From contig CM120641.1 in the NCBI GenBank assembly GCA_051362555.1, forward strand, positions 32,370,401 to 32,434,400: a stretch of DNA of 64,000 bases. The letters are read 5' to 3'. Both the position numbers and the translations under genes were made by a program. This document shows, in pieces, positions 53,701 through 64,000 of this stretch (positions are counted from its first letter, which is position 1; each line of letters begins with the position of its first letter). Below the pieces are notes generated by a model. That model was not told the DNA's origin and did no database searches. It saw only the letters and a list, made by a program, of their open reading frames with translations. The stretch comes from Lingula anatina (taxonomy: Eukaryota > Animalia > Brachiopoda).

Positions 53701-55741
53701 GTAACAGGCTTAAAAAAGTACCTCACATGTCAATATCTTAAAGAAAGAAACTAAACTAAGTAACAAGATAGCTCTATAAGTTTGTGTAAAATTGCATGGC
53801 TGCCTTTGTTTGGTGAAAGACCAACTACAAAGCGTCATGTATCAATTGCAAGTGAAAGAGTTATTTCTTTCTATTTCCTTTGGTCTGTTGCTCAGTTGAT
53901 TTACATACAAATGGAATTGGATCAGGGGCATTGGGAATCGATGAAGTGCACAAGTAAGAGAAGAAAAACAGACTGTTTTTTTAAACAGACCTGGAGCAAG
54001 CACAAATAAAAGAAATGGTAGAGGACAACAGTTCTGTGTAAGAATAAAGGGCAAAGGTGTCTGGAGTTGCCCTATGGTTAGCCTTACAGACAGATGGTGT
54101 TAGACTCGGCCTATTGAATAGGCCCCCACTTGGATACAGGTTCAGTGTGTGTGACTTGTTCATATTGACCAACCCAGGGGATAGAAACCAAGAAGGAGGG
54201 GAGCGAAACAGCAATATTATCAACATCTTTGTGACAACAACAGACCATAATGGCAACAAATCTGTTGCTAAGGTGTTAATCATTTTTAGAAAGTTATTGG
54301 AAACCGAAAAGCAATTTACTGGTGTTCTTAACATTCATGAGGAAATTTTACAACTGAAACAACCTGCCACCAAAGGGACTACAGACAAGACATTTTGTAA
54401 GAACAAAGTGTAGTAACAACAATGTCTACAACTAAGAAGAAGGCCACTATGCCAGTTGGAGACAAGAAGGGAGGAGATGGAGCATCCGATTCTTCTAAAA
54501 GGCCAAGATCCAAGTCTCCCAGTATGCTGTTTGCCTAGAATATATCATTGTATATCCATGTATTTTTAGTGGAAAATCATTCTAGATCTTTTTGGTGTGG
54601 ACTGGGTATAATTTCTAGTGCACAGTGTACTTCAGTACTATATATACTTATAAGATGGTGTATGATTTGAACAAAATTTTTTAATATCTTAGTTTCACAC
54701 ATCCACAGGCTAGTACAGGGATATGCATGGATTTGAAGTTGTAATATACCAGTAACTGCGTACTTAACTGAGTAACTTAGATTTTCTCCCATTTAGAACC
54801 ACCTGTTCCTTAGTGTCATGGGCAAAAAAAAGTCATGACTTTTGGAATTTTTGTTTATTATTTCTATGGAAACTACAAACTTGTACATCAAAATTTCACC
54901 TCAGTTATACTTTTGATTTAACACAATAAGGTTTAAATGCCAATAGGGATACATTAATATTTCCAGCTGTACAGAACATGTTAGAAAAGTTTTGTGCATG
55001 CTGTTAGAAAAGTTTTGTGACATGCAGTTAGGGAATAATTTGGTCAGCTAAGTAGGGCACTAGATTTACTGGTATATGTATATGTAAGCCTGGTCACCAT
55101 GCCATCTACACTGACACCATGACCAGTGTCCACTTGAACAACAAACTAAACAAATACATGTACCACTTATGTTTGTGGACTTTCTTGATTTGCAGATAAA
55201 ATAATCTTTGCAGACATTTTATTTGTAGGTAAACATTTACCACACAAATGTCAATTATACCATGAAGAAACTCCAGAATTTATTTTACCTGGCTGCTACG
55301 CATAAATGGATGGCTAATTGATCACACAATAGGAAATGCTTTTAGGATACACACCATATGTTGGTTGTTAATATTTTTCTTGATTTCTTACCCTTCAGAC
55401 AAATTGAAGAAACGTAAAGATGGTGGTACGCCAGAGAAAAGTCAGACACCCAATCCTGATGAGGCATCTGAGGATAGTGGACCTGCACAGACCAAGAATG
55501 TCATCACAGGTGCCGATGTCCTCAGTTTGGCTATCAAGGAGGATGACCTCCTCAAAGTCAGTGATCATTTATTCTCCTTAATGATGATATTGTTTTTTTT
55601 TTTTTTTTGAAGTTGTAAATTAAAGCAAATGTTAAACTGTTAGAGACTGTGACTTAATTCACCTTATTCTAATTAAGAGGATTATGAACTAAACCATTAA
55701 GGCCACCAGCAGAGAGTTGACATTTAAGCCATATTGTTTAG

Positions 55742-55778
<37 letters not shown>

Positions 55779-58700
55779 CTTCAAATGGAATGTTTGCTTT
55801 AAAACTATGGGACTGTAAGGTGCTGCCTCCTGGTGCATATCAGTTTTGGCTACAAAATAATTGAAGCCAGGTATTTAACTTCCTAGACTTTTGTAATTCA
55901 TTTCATGCACATTTTTGTGCAGTGGTGTCTTAATATAAAGAGTTATTCCACTGTGGTAAAAAAGAAAATTATTCTTGTGTGTGTGTGTGTGTGTATAGAA
56001 TATTGTTATTTGGTATATCACTCACAACATATCTCTGTAGTTGAGAGAGCCACACCCCCCAGAGACTAAGAAGACTCCTGTTACTCAGCCAGTGGTGGTC
56101 AGGAAAAGAAAACCGCAGTCGGAACTGGATAAACCAACACCGAGAGTGTAAGTTGATCAATTGTCCACTGGCATATCTCACTTTTGTTGTTTGATAACAA
56201 ATCAATAAGTAGTATTTAACACTGATGTGCCCTTTTCCTGTGATGTTTAGTGATATCACAAAACAAGAACAATAAAGACAAAAAAGAAAAGACATATTTT
56301 CACTAGTCCTAATATAACATAACGTACATCTATGTTCTTACAGAGTTACAGTGGCCAGACCTGCTCCACCAAATGCACCCATCAAGCCTGTTGACACCAG
56401 TGAGTTGAATTTGACCATATTTAATACTAAATAAATCTATGATTGTTCTGCTAGATTTATAATGTTTTTATAGTACCTTCAGAAAAGATCATTTCATTGT
56501 ACCACCAGCGTTAGCGCTGGCGGTACACATGGTTTCGGTCCCGTCCGGATCGTTCCGCCGGCTCCGCCGGCTCCGCCGGACGGCTACCGTTACCGCTTCT
56601 CCTCCTAGACGGTAAGGGCCCCCGCACCCATCTCATGGATTTAGGTCACCTATAATCTCAACTCGTTCCACGTAAAATTTGGGCTTTGTCAGTATTGGGG
56701 TCTGGGTGTGGCACTCATTACAATGCACCCTTGTCTAAAAATGGCAAAATTAAATGCTTATTATCTACCCTACGGAAGGAGTTATGGGAAAAATTTCTAT
56801 AGACGGCTTTCCAAAAGTCATATGTGTAGATTTCAAATATACCCTTGGATTTGACCTTTGACCTTTACTTCAAGGTCAAATTGGCCAAAATTTTCAAAAA
56901 AATGAAATTTTTTACGAAAAAATTTTTTTTTGCCCTGTTATTCAGACACTACACAGACTTAACCAACAATATTATTGGAAAGTGTTACCCTTCAGGTCAT
57001 CTTTCATCTCCATGAATTTGGGGTCAATCGGTGCATTTTCACGGGAGTAGCGGCCATAAGATACCGAAACTGAAAACTGTCTCTAATTCGGGAACCGTTA
57101 ATGCTAGAGACCCATTCTTTTTTGCATTTTGTAGAGCATGTAAAGCCCAACACTGAAGGTGGTCTCGTTTTTTTTGTATTCCATACGGTTTTCGAGTTAC
57201 GCTGTATCAAAAAGTACATATTGGTGGTAAAAGCAAAATGTGCAGTACGGTAATGGATAATAAATTTTGAACTCTGGAAAAATAAAACAAAAGGCTTGGC
57301 AAAGCAGACAACTTGTGTTCAAAAATGACATTATTTCATCAAATTTGAACTTCTGAAACTTCAGAGCACCTCCTATTTCAAGAATTTTGACCAAAATGAC
57401 ATTTTCTTTATTTTAATTAATTTTTTCTGTACGAAATTTAAGGCACATTATGGTAACTCCAAAATTATAACATTTAGTCCCTTATATCTCCAAAACTGGC
57501 AGAGATAGGTCCATAGTTACTATTGAAGTTGAATAGGAAGTCATATACTGGCAATCTTACTGTGACCTTGAAATTGACCTTTGACCTACTTTTCACCATG
57601 AACTGAACTTTGCAAATTTTGCTTCCCTTTTATCTCCAAAACTGGCAGAGATAGGTCCATAGTTACTATTGAACTTGAATAGGAAGTCATATACTGGCAA
57701 TATAAATGTGACATTAAAATTGACCTTTGACCTACTTTTCACCATAAACTGAACTTTGCAAATTTTGCTTCCCTTTTATCTCCAAAACTGGCAGAGATAG
57801 GTCCATAGTTACTATTGAACTTGAATAGGAAGTCATATACTGGCAATCTAAATGTGACCTTAAAATTGACCTTTGACCTACTTTTCACCATGAACTGAAG
57901 TTTGCAAATTTTGCTTCCCTTTTATCTCCAAAACTGGCAGAGATAGGTCCATAGTTACTATTGAAGTTGAATAGGAAGTCATATACTGGCAATCTAAATG
58001 TGACCTTGAAATTGACCTTTGACCTACTTTTCACCATGAACTGAACTTTGCAAATTTTGCTTGACTTTTATCTCCAAAGTTACGCTGTATCAAGAAGTAC
58101 ATATTGGTGGTGAAAGCAAAATGTGCAGTACGGTAATGGATAATAAATTTTGAACTCCAGAAAAATAAAACATTAGGCTTGGCAAAGCAGACAAGTTGTG
58201 GTCAAAAATGACATTATTTCATCAAATTTGAACATCTGGAACTTCGGAGCACCTCCCATTTCAAGAATTTTGACCAAAATGACCTTTTCTTTATTTTAAT
58301 TAATTTCTTCTGTAGGAAATTTATGGCACATTATGGTAACTCCAAAATTATAACATTAAGTCCCTTATATTTCCAAAACTGGCAGAGATAGGTCCATAGT
58401 TGCTATTGAACATGAATAGGAAGTCATATACTGGCAATCTAAATGTGACCTTGAAATTGACCTTTGACCTACTTTTCACCATGAACTGAACTTTGCAAAT
58501 TTTGCTTCCCTTTTATCTCCAAAACTGGCAGAGATAGGTCCATAGTTACTATTGAAGTTGAATAGGAAGTCATATACTGGCAATCTTACTGTGACCTTGA
58601 AATTGACCTTTGACCTACTTTTCACCATGAACTGAACTTTGCAAATTTTGGTTCCCTTTTATCTCCAAAGTTACGCTGTATCAAAAAGTACATATTGGTG

Positions 58701-61700
58701 GTGAAAGCAATATGTGCAGTACGGTAATGTATAATAAATTTTGAACTCCGGAAAAATAAAACATAAGGCTTGGCAAAGCAGACAAGTTGTGGTCAAAAAT
58801 GACATTATTTCATCAAATTTGAACATCTGGAACTTCGGAGCACCTCCCATTTCAAGAATTTTGACCAAAATGACCTTTTCTTTATTTTAATTAATTTCTT
58901 CTGTAGGAAATTTATGGCACATTATGGTAACTCCAAAATTATAACATTTAGTCCCTTATTTCTCCAAAACTGGCAGAGATAGGTCCATAGTTACTATTGA
59001 AGTTAAATAGGAAGTCATATACTGGCAATCTTACTGTGACCTTGAAATTGACCTTTGGCCTACTTTTCACCATGAACTGAACTTTGCAAATTTTGCTTCC
59101 CTTTTATCTCCAAAACTGGCAGAGATAGGTCCATAGTTACTATTGAAGTTGAATAGGAAGTCATATATTGGCAATCTCAATGTGACCTTGAAATTGACCT
59201 TTGACCTACTTTTCACCATGAACTGAACTTTGCAAATTTTGCTTCCCTTTTATCTCCAAAACTGGCAGAGATAGGTCCATAGTTTCTATTGAACTTGAAT
59301 ATGAAGTCATATACTGGCAATCTAAATGTGACCTTGAAATTGACCTTTGACCTACTTTTCACCATGAACTGAACTTTGCAAATTTTGCTTCCCTTTTATC
59401 TCCAAAACTGGCAGAGATAGGTCCATAGTTACTATTGAAGTTGAATAGGAAGTCATATACTGGCAATTTACTGTGACCTTGAAATTGACTTTTGACCTAC
59501 CTTACGATGAACTTAACTTTGATTGTACCATTTTTAGGCATATATATTTTTTGCATATTTTGAAAATTTTTGTTGATTGCATTTTTACAGCTTGTCAAGC
59601 AGAAGACTGGTGGCTGTGACCCTTATTTTGTGTATGTGGGGGTCTATACGAATGTGCTTGCTCCAGCTGGTGGTACAATATTCGGAGGCGGTATCGCCTC
59701 TCTGATCCTCTAGTTTTATTTGTATATTCAGCATACATATTTCATTTGCTGTGCTAAATCTTTGTTTGACTTTTCTGTGAATTTGGGCATTTTTCATTGT
59801 AGGTGTCACAGGTCCTAGATTTGATGCAATGGGAAATGTGATTCCACACAGCATTCTTGGAACACTAGAAGACTTCAAGAAAGAGGCAGAGAGGAGGGGA
59901 GAGTCAGTGGTAAGGCTGGATACTTGATTATAAGGGGCTGTAGCGATAGTCCAAAGGGTCATTGGTCCAAAGGCTTGACAGTCCAAATTAATGCATAAAT
60001 AACGTCCAGAGTGTACCGGCAGTAAAGTAAAGTTCATCAGTGCATATGATTTTTTGGACTAATGAACCTTCTGACCAATGAACTTTCAAATGAACCTTCA
60101 GATTATCGAGAAGCCCCCAATTATAAATGCATACAATGAATTCAATGTATTGGCAAAATATTAATTTTTTAGAAATTTCAGCAGCTTTACCTTTATCCTA
60201 AAGATATACCTTACTCAAAACTAGTGAAAGAATTACAATCTGTATAAGTGTTTTTTCAGCTCTAAATTTCTTATCTTTGTGAAATTTGCAGTGTCTATAT
60301 CACCTTTTCTAAAGTGACTCAAAAATTAGAAACTGCACTTCAAAACTGATTTATTGGTCGTAATTCTGTGAATGTTATTGAATGTGGTATACCTTATGGA
60401 AACTGTTGAAACTTTCAGGAAAATTTAATTTTTACTTTAGAAAGTTCTTAGACTCTTCGTGTTTCTTAAACACTAATGCTGTCAAAAACAAATTATCTTT
60501 TGTCAGAAAAATCTTTTCTTGACATTTTATCTACACTTTCATAAGAATTATTCAGCTTGATGTACATGTTGCCTATTTGAACATTTTATCATCTGAAAAA
60601 GAAGACATTTAATTTCAGTACCAAAGTAATTTTATAAAATGGTAGTGAGACAGTTTTACATGTAGTACTAGTATATCATCAATATGCCATCTGTGAAATA
60701 TAGCAATATATCTCCTTTACTATCTCTTTCTTTTTTTTTTTCTTGTTTCAGAGCTTTGAGATCCCAGAGAGATTAAAGGTCCACACACCTACTGTGAAGT
60801 ATGAGAAGAAGAAGAAAGCCAGCTCTCACCCCAGGTACCAGAGTGTGGATGAGACCAATGCACTGGTGAACTGGCAGAAGAAGATGCTGGAGAGGAAGAA
60901 ACAGCAGGGCTATATATCCAGTATGTTTTTAGGAGGCATTTTCCCTCTGTATTTTTGTAAGAATGATCATTTACAATAGGAATTAGTTGTCTAGTATCAA
61001 ACGGATTATGTGTTTTAATGGAAGTAGTAAGCTGAAAGTCTGAAACAATTGTTAATGTTTAAAAACAGTTGAAGATCTTAGATGTACAGGCTGCTACAGT
61101 TATATGGATCTGCAATCATTGAATGTCATCAGCTCCATTATTACATAGACTTACTATATTTATATTTTGTCACTCTTACTTTGTGATCAGAAGTATTTGT
61201 AGTAAGTACTTACCGCATATTGGCTGATTTTCTTTCTCCAGAACTTCTTCAAAAATCAGAAGATACCCTGCTTATGAACCATGGAGACAACTACAGGAAA
61301 AAACAGGAGGAGCGCTACCTGATAGACAGAACAATACCCTCCATGGATTATGGAAAAGGATGTAAGGATGGCAGAATATTTCTCTTGACTTGTTCAGTCA
61401 CTGTTTTTCATCTTATCCTGCAGAAAAATTAGTACCAGTGTTAGATATGAGAATAAATTAGGATTGGATTGTCATAGAATTTTATTTACATTTAGGTATA
61501 ATATATTTTTGAAAACAATATTAAAACCAATCTGTTGGAACATTATACTTCAACAGATTCCGTAGTGATTTCCAAACAAAAATCAAAGGGAAAAAACATG
61601 TTTGATCCATGTTTCCTTCATTTACCCCTATTGTTATTTACTGTAGTCGTGTGATAAGTCATGCTTCTAATCACAGTAATAGCAGCAATTTAGGAGGCGA

Positions 61701-63716
61701 CTGTGTTTGCTGCCAATTGATTCAAAATAATGTGGGCTGAAACATAATTGTACAATGTCATGGAGGCAACACAGATTGATTGCAGTATATTTGTGAAGTG
61801 TTTGTGTGTTCTATGGGGTATGCACTGTGTAGAACAGGCCATGGTGATGTATGTCAATTATACTCCAGTATACTGCGGGCAAACTGTGGCAGCTAAGGTT
61901 TATAGTTTGCATCAGTAATATGATAACCACTTTGCAATGATAGTGATAATTGGTAGTGGCAACCCATTAACTCTCAGAGTGTGATAACGACTTCAGGGAA
62001 TTGATTGTCAGGGGTTGGTAATTGCACCTTTTTACTGGTTTCAGCCTGGTACAGGATAAAATGATGGTAGCAATAAAATATCATCTCTTAGCCATGTATG
62101 TTTTACTGGAAGCTTTATCATTGATTTTCACTTTTTTTTAAGGGAAATTGTGCATGAATGAATTTAAATTGGCTGCTTGCTATTAAACATGATAAAAGCC
62201 TCTTTGCTACATGTCTTTTAAAAATAAATACTCAGCATTATTGATACATATATGATGTCATGTGATTACAATAAGTTTATATTTTCAAATGCAGATCGAG
62301 TTGGAAGTGAATTCTGGAAGCAACAAGAGAGAATTGGCGATGATCTGGAAGGAATGCAGTAAGCACAGTGCAATGATTGTTGTTTATTGAGATGAAAATT
62401 TAATTTAATTTCAAAAAGGCAAACTTTGTGTCTCTAACAGAAGTGTATTATAGAGAAACAAGCAAACAAGTAATAATAATAATAATAATACAATAAGAAC
62501 ATTATTTAGTTTTTTACTTGATTAAAAGGGCAATTATTTTTCTTGTCCACATTAAACATATAAAAAGATACATGAAGAATCATTAAAAAAAAAACACATA
62601 AGTGTTACATTTGATTTAAATCTTTCCAGCATGACTTTGACCCAAACAGAGCGTGGGTACCCACCACCTATTGAACATGTCGGGGTACCAACCATGATTA
62701 AAGAGGAGAAAGGTACAGAATACAGTAGTACAATTATTATTATCGTGTTATAGATTTTTCCTTGTATCTTTTTTAGTGATGGTGAAGAATTAAATCATTT
62801 CTAAAGAGACGATATTGGAATATTTCCTTTCTGATTAATATGATTGTTATTTGAGTGTTTGATAATGACTCTTGAAAGATGTGTAATTGGCTTTACTTGT
62901 GTCTATGTGTGAGTTTGCTGACTACCTCCTGCAGTACATGAATGTCATGTGTTTGTACCACCATGTTGATGAGATTTTTCTAAGTATACCAGCATACCTT
63001 TCAAGAATCAGTGCCGAATGCAAATATCTACCTGCAATGTCAGTACACAAATGTTTTGTCATTATAATTATCTGTGTTAATGATGAACAAAAAAGTTGTA
63101 TTTTTTTTAAACAATGTTCCTTCATCATACTTCTTCCAAACAGGCTATATATAAGTCTAACTCTCATTGTGTGTTTCAAGGTGTGTATTGGAGTAAACCC
63201 AGCACCCCAGTTCACTACCCCTGGGACAGGTCTGCTTTCCTGAAGCAGAGGAAGCAGCAACTACAAACTGTCATGGATGAACTGGACCCCCACAAACCTG
63301 TAAGTTGGAAAAGGCCATTGTGAGAAAATTATATATTATTATTATTATTATTTAAGCCTATGGCAAAATAATTCATGTGATGGAATTAACTTAATTTGAG
63401 TTTATCAAAGATGTTACCTTACAAATTCAGAAAGAAGTCAGACAGAAAGAAGTCAGAAAATATCAACCAAGGGTCTTTCTATACAAGTATTTATATTTCT
63501 TAATGATGTAATTATTAAATATCTTATTATAACCAAGGTTGAGAGGTAAATTTTTTAACTATATTGTCAGTTACTGATTTCTTTGTAGGACATGTCATCA
63601 CTGGCCATCACTGGTTTCAAGCAAGGCCCAAAGCTTGTGGATAAGGAGGACGAAAGAGAGGAGCCAAGGACCATGTCTGAATTTGAAGATTCAGTCTTGG
63701 AAGACCAAGAAAATCT
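43572..63716 (+). CDS. MYCBPAP: MYCBP-associated protein (MYCBPAP/AMAP-1), 3'-partial
   Basis: Constitutive exons in continuous frame: 55399-55556, 56041-56147, 56344-56399, 59803-59909 (GPRFDAMGNVIPHSILGTLEDFK), 60752-60920 (NALVNWQKKMLERKKQQ), 61242-61361 (LLMNHGDNYRKKQEERYLIDR), 62295-62358 (GSEFW), 62630-62711 (MTLTQTERGYPPPIEHVG), 63181-63299 (PWDRSAFLKQRKQQL), 63589-63716. These motifs match what I recall of the MYCBPAP family. The first coding exon is one of several candidates; the most upstream is 43572-43626. Confidence 0.9.
44644..44722. repeat. (TA)n microsatellite
   Basis: Pure dinucleotide run. Confidence 0.9.
45081..45207 (+). CDS. MYCBPAP: MYCBPAP candidate first exon 1b (MSSLAASRYGSNRKVASRLTAVRANSRFTASRNRKSSVASSI)
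   Basis: aagATG (alternative in-frame ATG at 45054), 127 nt, phase-1 donor A|gtgagt. Confidence 0.65.
46294..46708 (+). CDS. MYCBPAP: MYCBPAP candidate first exon 1c (138 aa, Lys/Ser-rich, MAVAVDKII...RRLKDSVRML)
   Basis: gagATGG, 415 nt open, phase-1 donor G|gtttgt; upstream in-frame TAA. Confidence 0.65.
48475..48595 (+). CDS. MYCBPAP: MYCBPAP candidate first exon 1d (MSEVSHHKRKRHAKTAKSRDGVNKRALKQLHKTVTIVTII)
   Basis: aaaATG, 121 nt, phase-1 donor A|gtaggt. Confidence 0.6.
48782..48990. mobile_element. Hairpin MITE, family B copy 2 (within MYCBPAP)
   Basis: Colinear with 25350-25564; terminal IR gggcacattccca / tgggaatgggatc. Confidence 0.75.
49720..49768 (+). CDS. MYCBPAP: MYCBPAP candidate first coding exon 1e (MFNVATRAKALGSGKK)
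   Basis: aacATG, upstream in-frame TAA, 49 nt, phase-1 donor AAG|gtacca; acceptor-like sequence at ~49675 suggests a 5'UTR exon upstream. Confidence 0.5.
50307..50482. mobile_element. Short non-autonomous DNA transposon, family C copy 1, 6-bp TSD
   Basis: GTTTCA duplicated on both sides (50301-50306, 50483-50488); ~16-bp subrepeats (gtccgaaggttca..) in inverted orientation at the two ends. Confidence 0.75.
51194..51281 (+). CDS. MYCBPAP: MYCBPAP candidate first exon 1f (MARSPTASYDILHVHVKSPSTHSSSRGSS)
   Basis: aaaATGG, upstream in-frame TGA, 88 nt, phase-1 donor C|gtaagt; X-box-like GTTACCAAGGTAGC at 51026-51039. Confidence 0.65.
52455..52551 (+). CDS. MYCBPAP: MYCBPAP candidate first exon 1g (MESSNQKGGGSFLTAMKKNKVTRQIGLKILAA)
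   Basis: gatATGG, upstream in-frame TGA, 97 nt, phase-1 donor CAG|gtatga. Confidence 0.62.
54422..54521 (+). CDS. MYCBPAP: MYCBPAP candidate first exon 1h (MSTTKKKATMPVGDKKGGDGASDSSKRPRSKSP)
   Basis: acaATG, upstream in-frame TAA, 100 nt, phase-1 donor A|gtatgc; nearest to the common exon 55399. Confidence 0.7.
56492..59715 (+). mobile_element. Non-autonomous Helentron-like element (HINE), family D, with internal satellite array, in a MYCBPAP intron
   Basis: 14-bp perfect subterminal IR attgtaccaccagc (56496-56509) / gctggtggtacaat (59666-59679); 5' internal IR gctggcggtaca; GC-rich (ccgccggct)n microsatellite; 3' stem-loop gaggcg-gtat-cgcctc (59685-59700); CTAG|TT end (59710-59715). Confidence 0.85.
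57196..59520. repeat. Composite tandem array inside the HINE: 146-bp unit A and ~299-bp unit B arranged B-A4-B-A2-B-A4 (last A partial)
   Basis: A units start at 57485, 57631, 57777, 57923; 58368, 58514; 58959, 59105, 59251, 59397. B blocks start (gttacgctgtatc) at 57196, 58079, 58670. Confidence 0.9.
59933..60119. mobile_element. Short non-autonomous DNA transposon, family C copy 2
   Basis: Termini similar to 50307-50482 (ggggctgtagcgatagtcc... / ...tatcgagaagcccc); ATTATA duplicated on both sides. Confidence 0.65.
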
Positions 63717-64000
63717 GTGAGTGTGATTTCTGCTGTCATGAGTTAAATATCAAACTATTTGATTGCATTGCTCAGATTCCAGTGTATCAAGTATTTTTTG
63801 AATTGAGGAAGTTGATTTTTTAGGTAATATTTTGAGATGTAACACATACAGGATCCAGCAAGCTGTAGTTTGCGCTGTATTTTCTTTCAAGCTGTTTTTT
63901 ACTAGATTCTATAAAATATTCAACTATTTGAATTTTTATTGTAAAAAAATGCCTTTTTATTTTTTGACATCAATATCCGTCTTTCATTGTTATTATTTTT

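Noticed and set aside
53981-54413. Opposing 117/118-aa ORFs upstream of exon 1h
   Set aside because: Non-ATG starts and no compatible donor; more likely the promoter/5'UTR of exon 1h.
57196-59520. Regular repeat array resembling a CRISPR or a coding repeat (ORFs 57197-57394, 58671-58868)
   Set aside because: Units are long and contiguous with no unique spacers, the context is eukaryotic, and there are no cas genes. It is a satellite inside a transposon.
1-64000. tRNA, rRNA or autonomous transposase/RT genes
   Set aside because: None recognised by eye; a covariance-model or HMM search would be needed to exclude small ncRNAs.

Overview
AT-rich, intron-rich animal genomic DNA. The repeat types and mosaic CpG depletion suggest an invertebrate, possibly a mollusc; this is inference. 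Four spliced genes were rebuilt by hand from GT-AG boundaries with continuous reading frames: (1) the 3' part of a DAAM-family formin (+, 20 exons, stop at 15539); (2) a 6-exon, ~259-aa EXD1/Egalitarian-like 3'-5' exonuclease-fold protein (-, 26358-29453) that lacks most DEDDy catalytic residues; (3) PEMT (-, 32393-41451, probable extra first exon ~43128-43250); (4) the 5' part of MYCBPAP (+), head-to-head with PEMT and running off the window. The most striking unexplained structure is an ~11-kb stretch (43.6-54.5 kb) holding at least eight separate ATG-initiated mini-exons. Each ends in a phase-1 GT donor that fits the single phase-1 acceptor of the first conserved MYCBPAP exon (55399), which looks like a tandem array of alternative first exons giving variable N-termini. 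Also present: three non-autonomous Helentron-like (HINE/DINE-1-type) elements with internal tandem arrays, one carrying repeated perfect nuclear-receptor DR1 motifs; several MITEs; microsatellites; and a CpG-rich intergenic block contrasting with CpG-poor gene bodies. Most ORFs in the supplied track are exon read-throughs or spurious.
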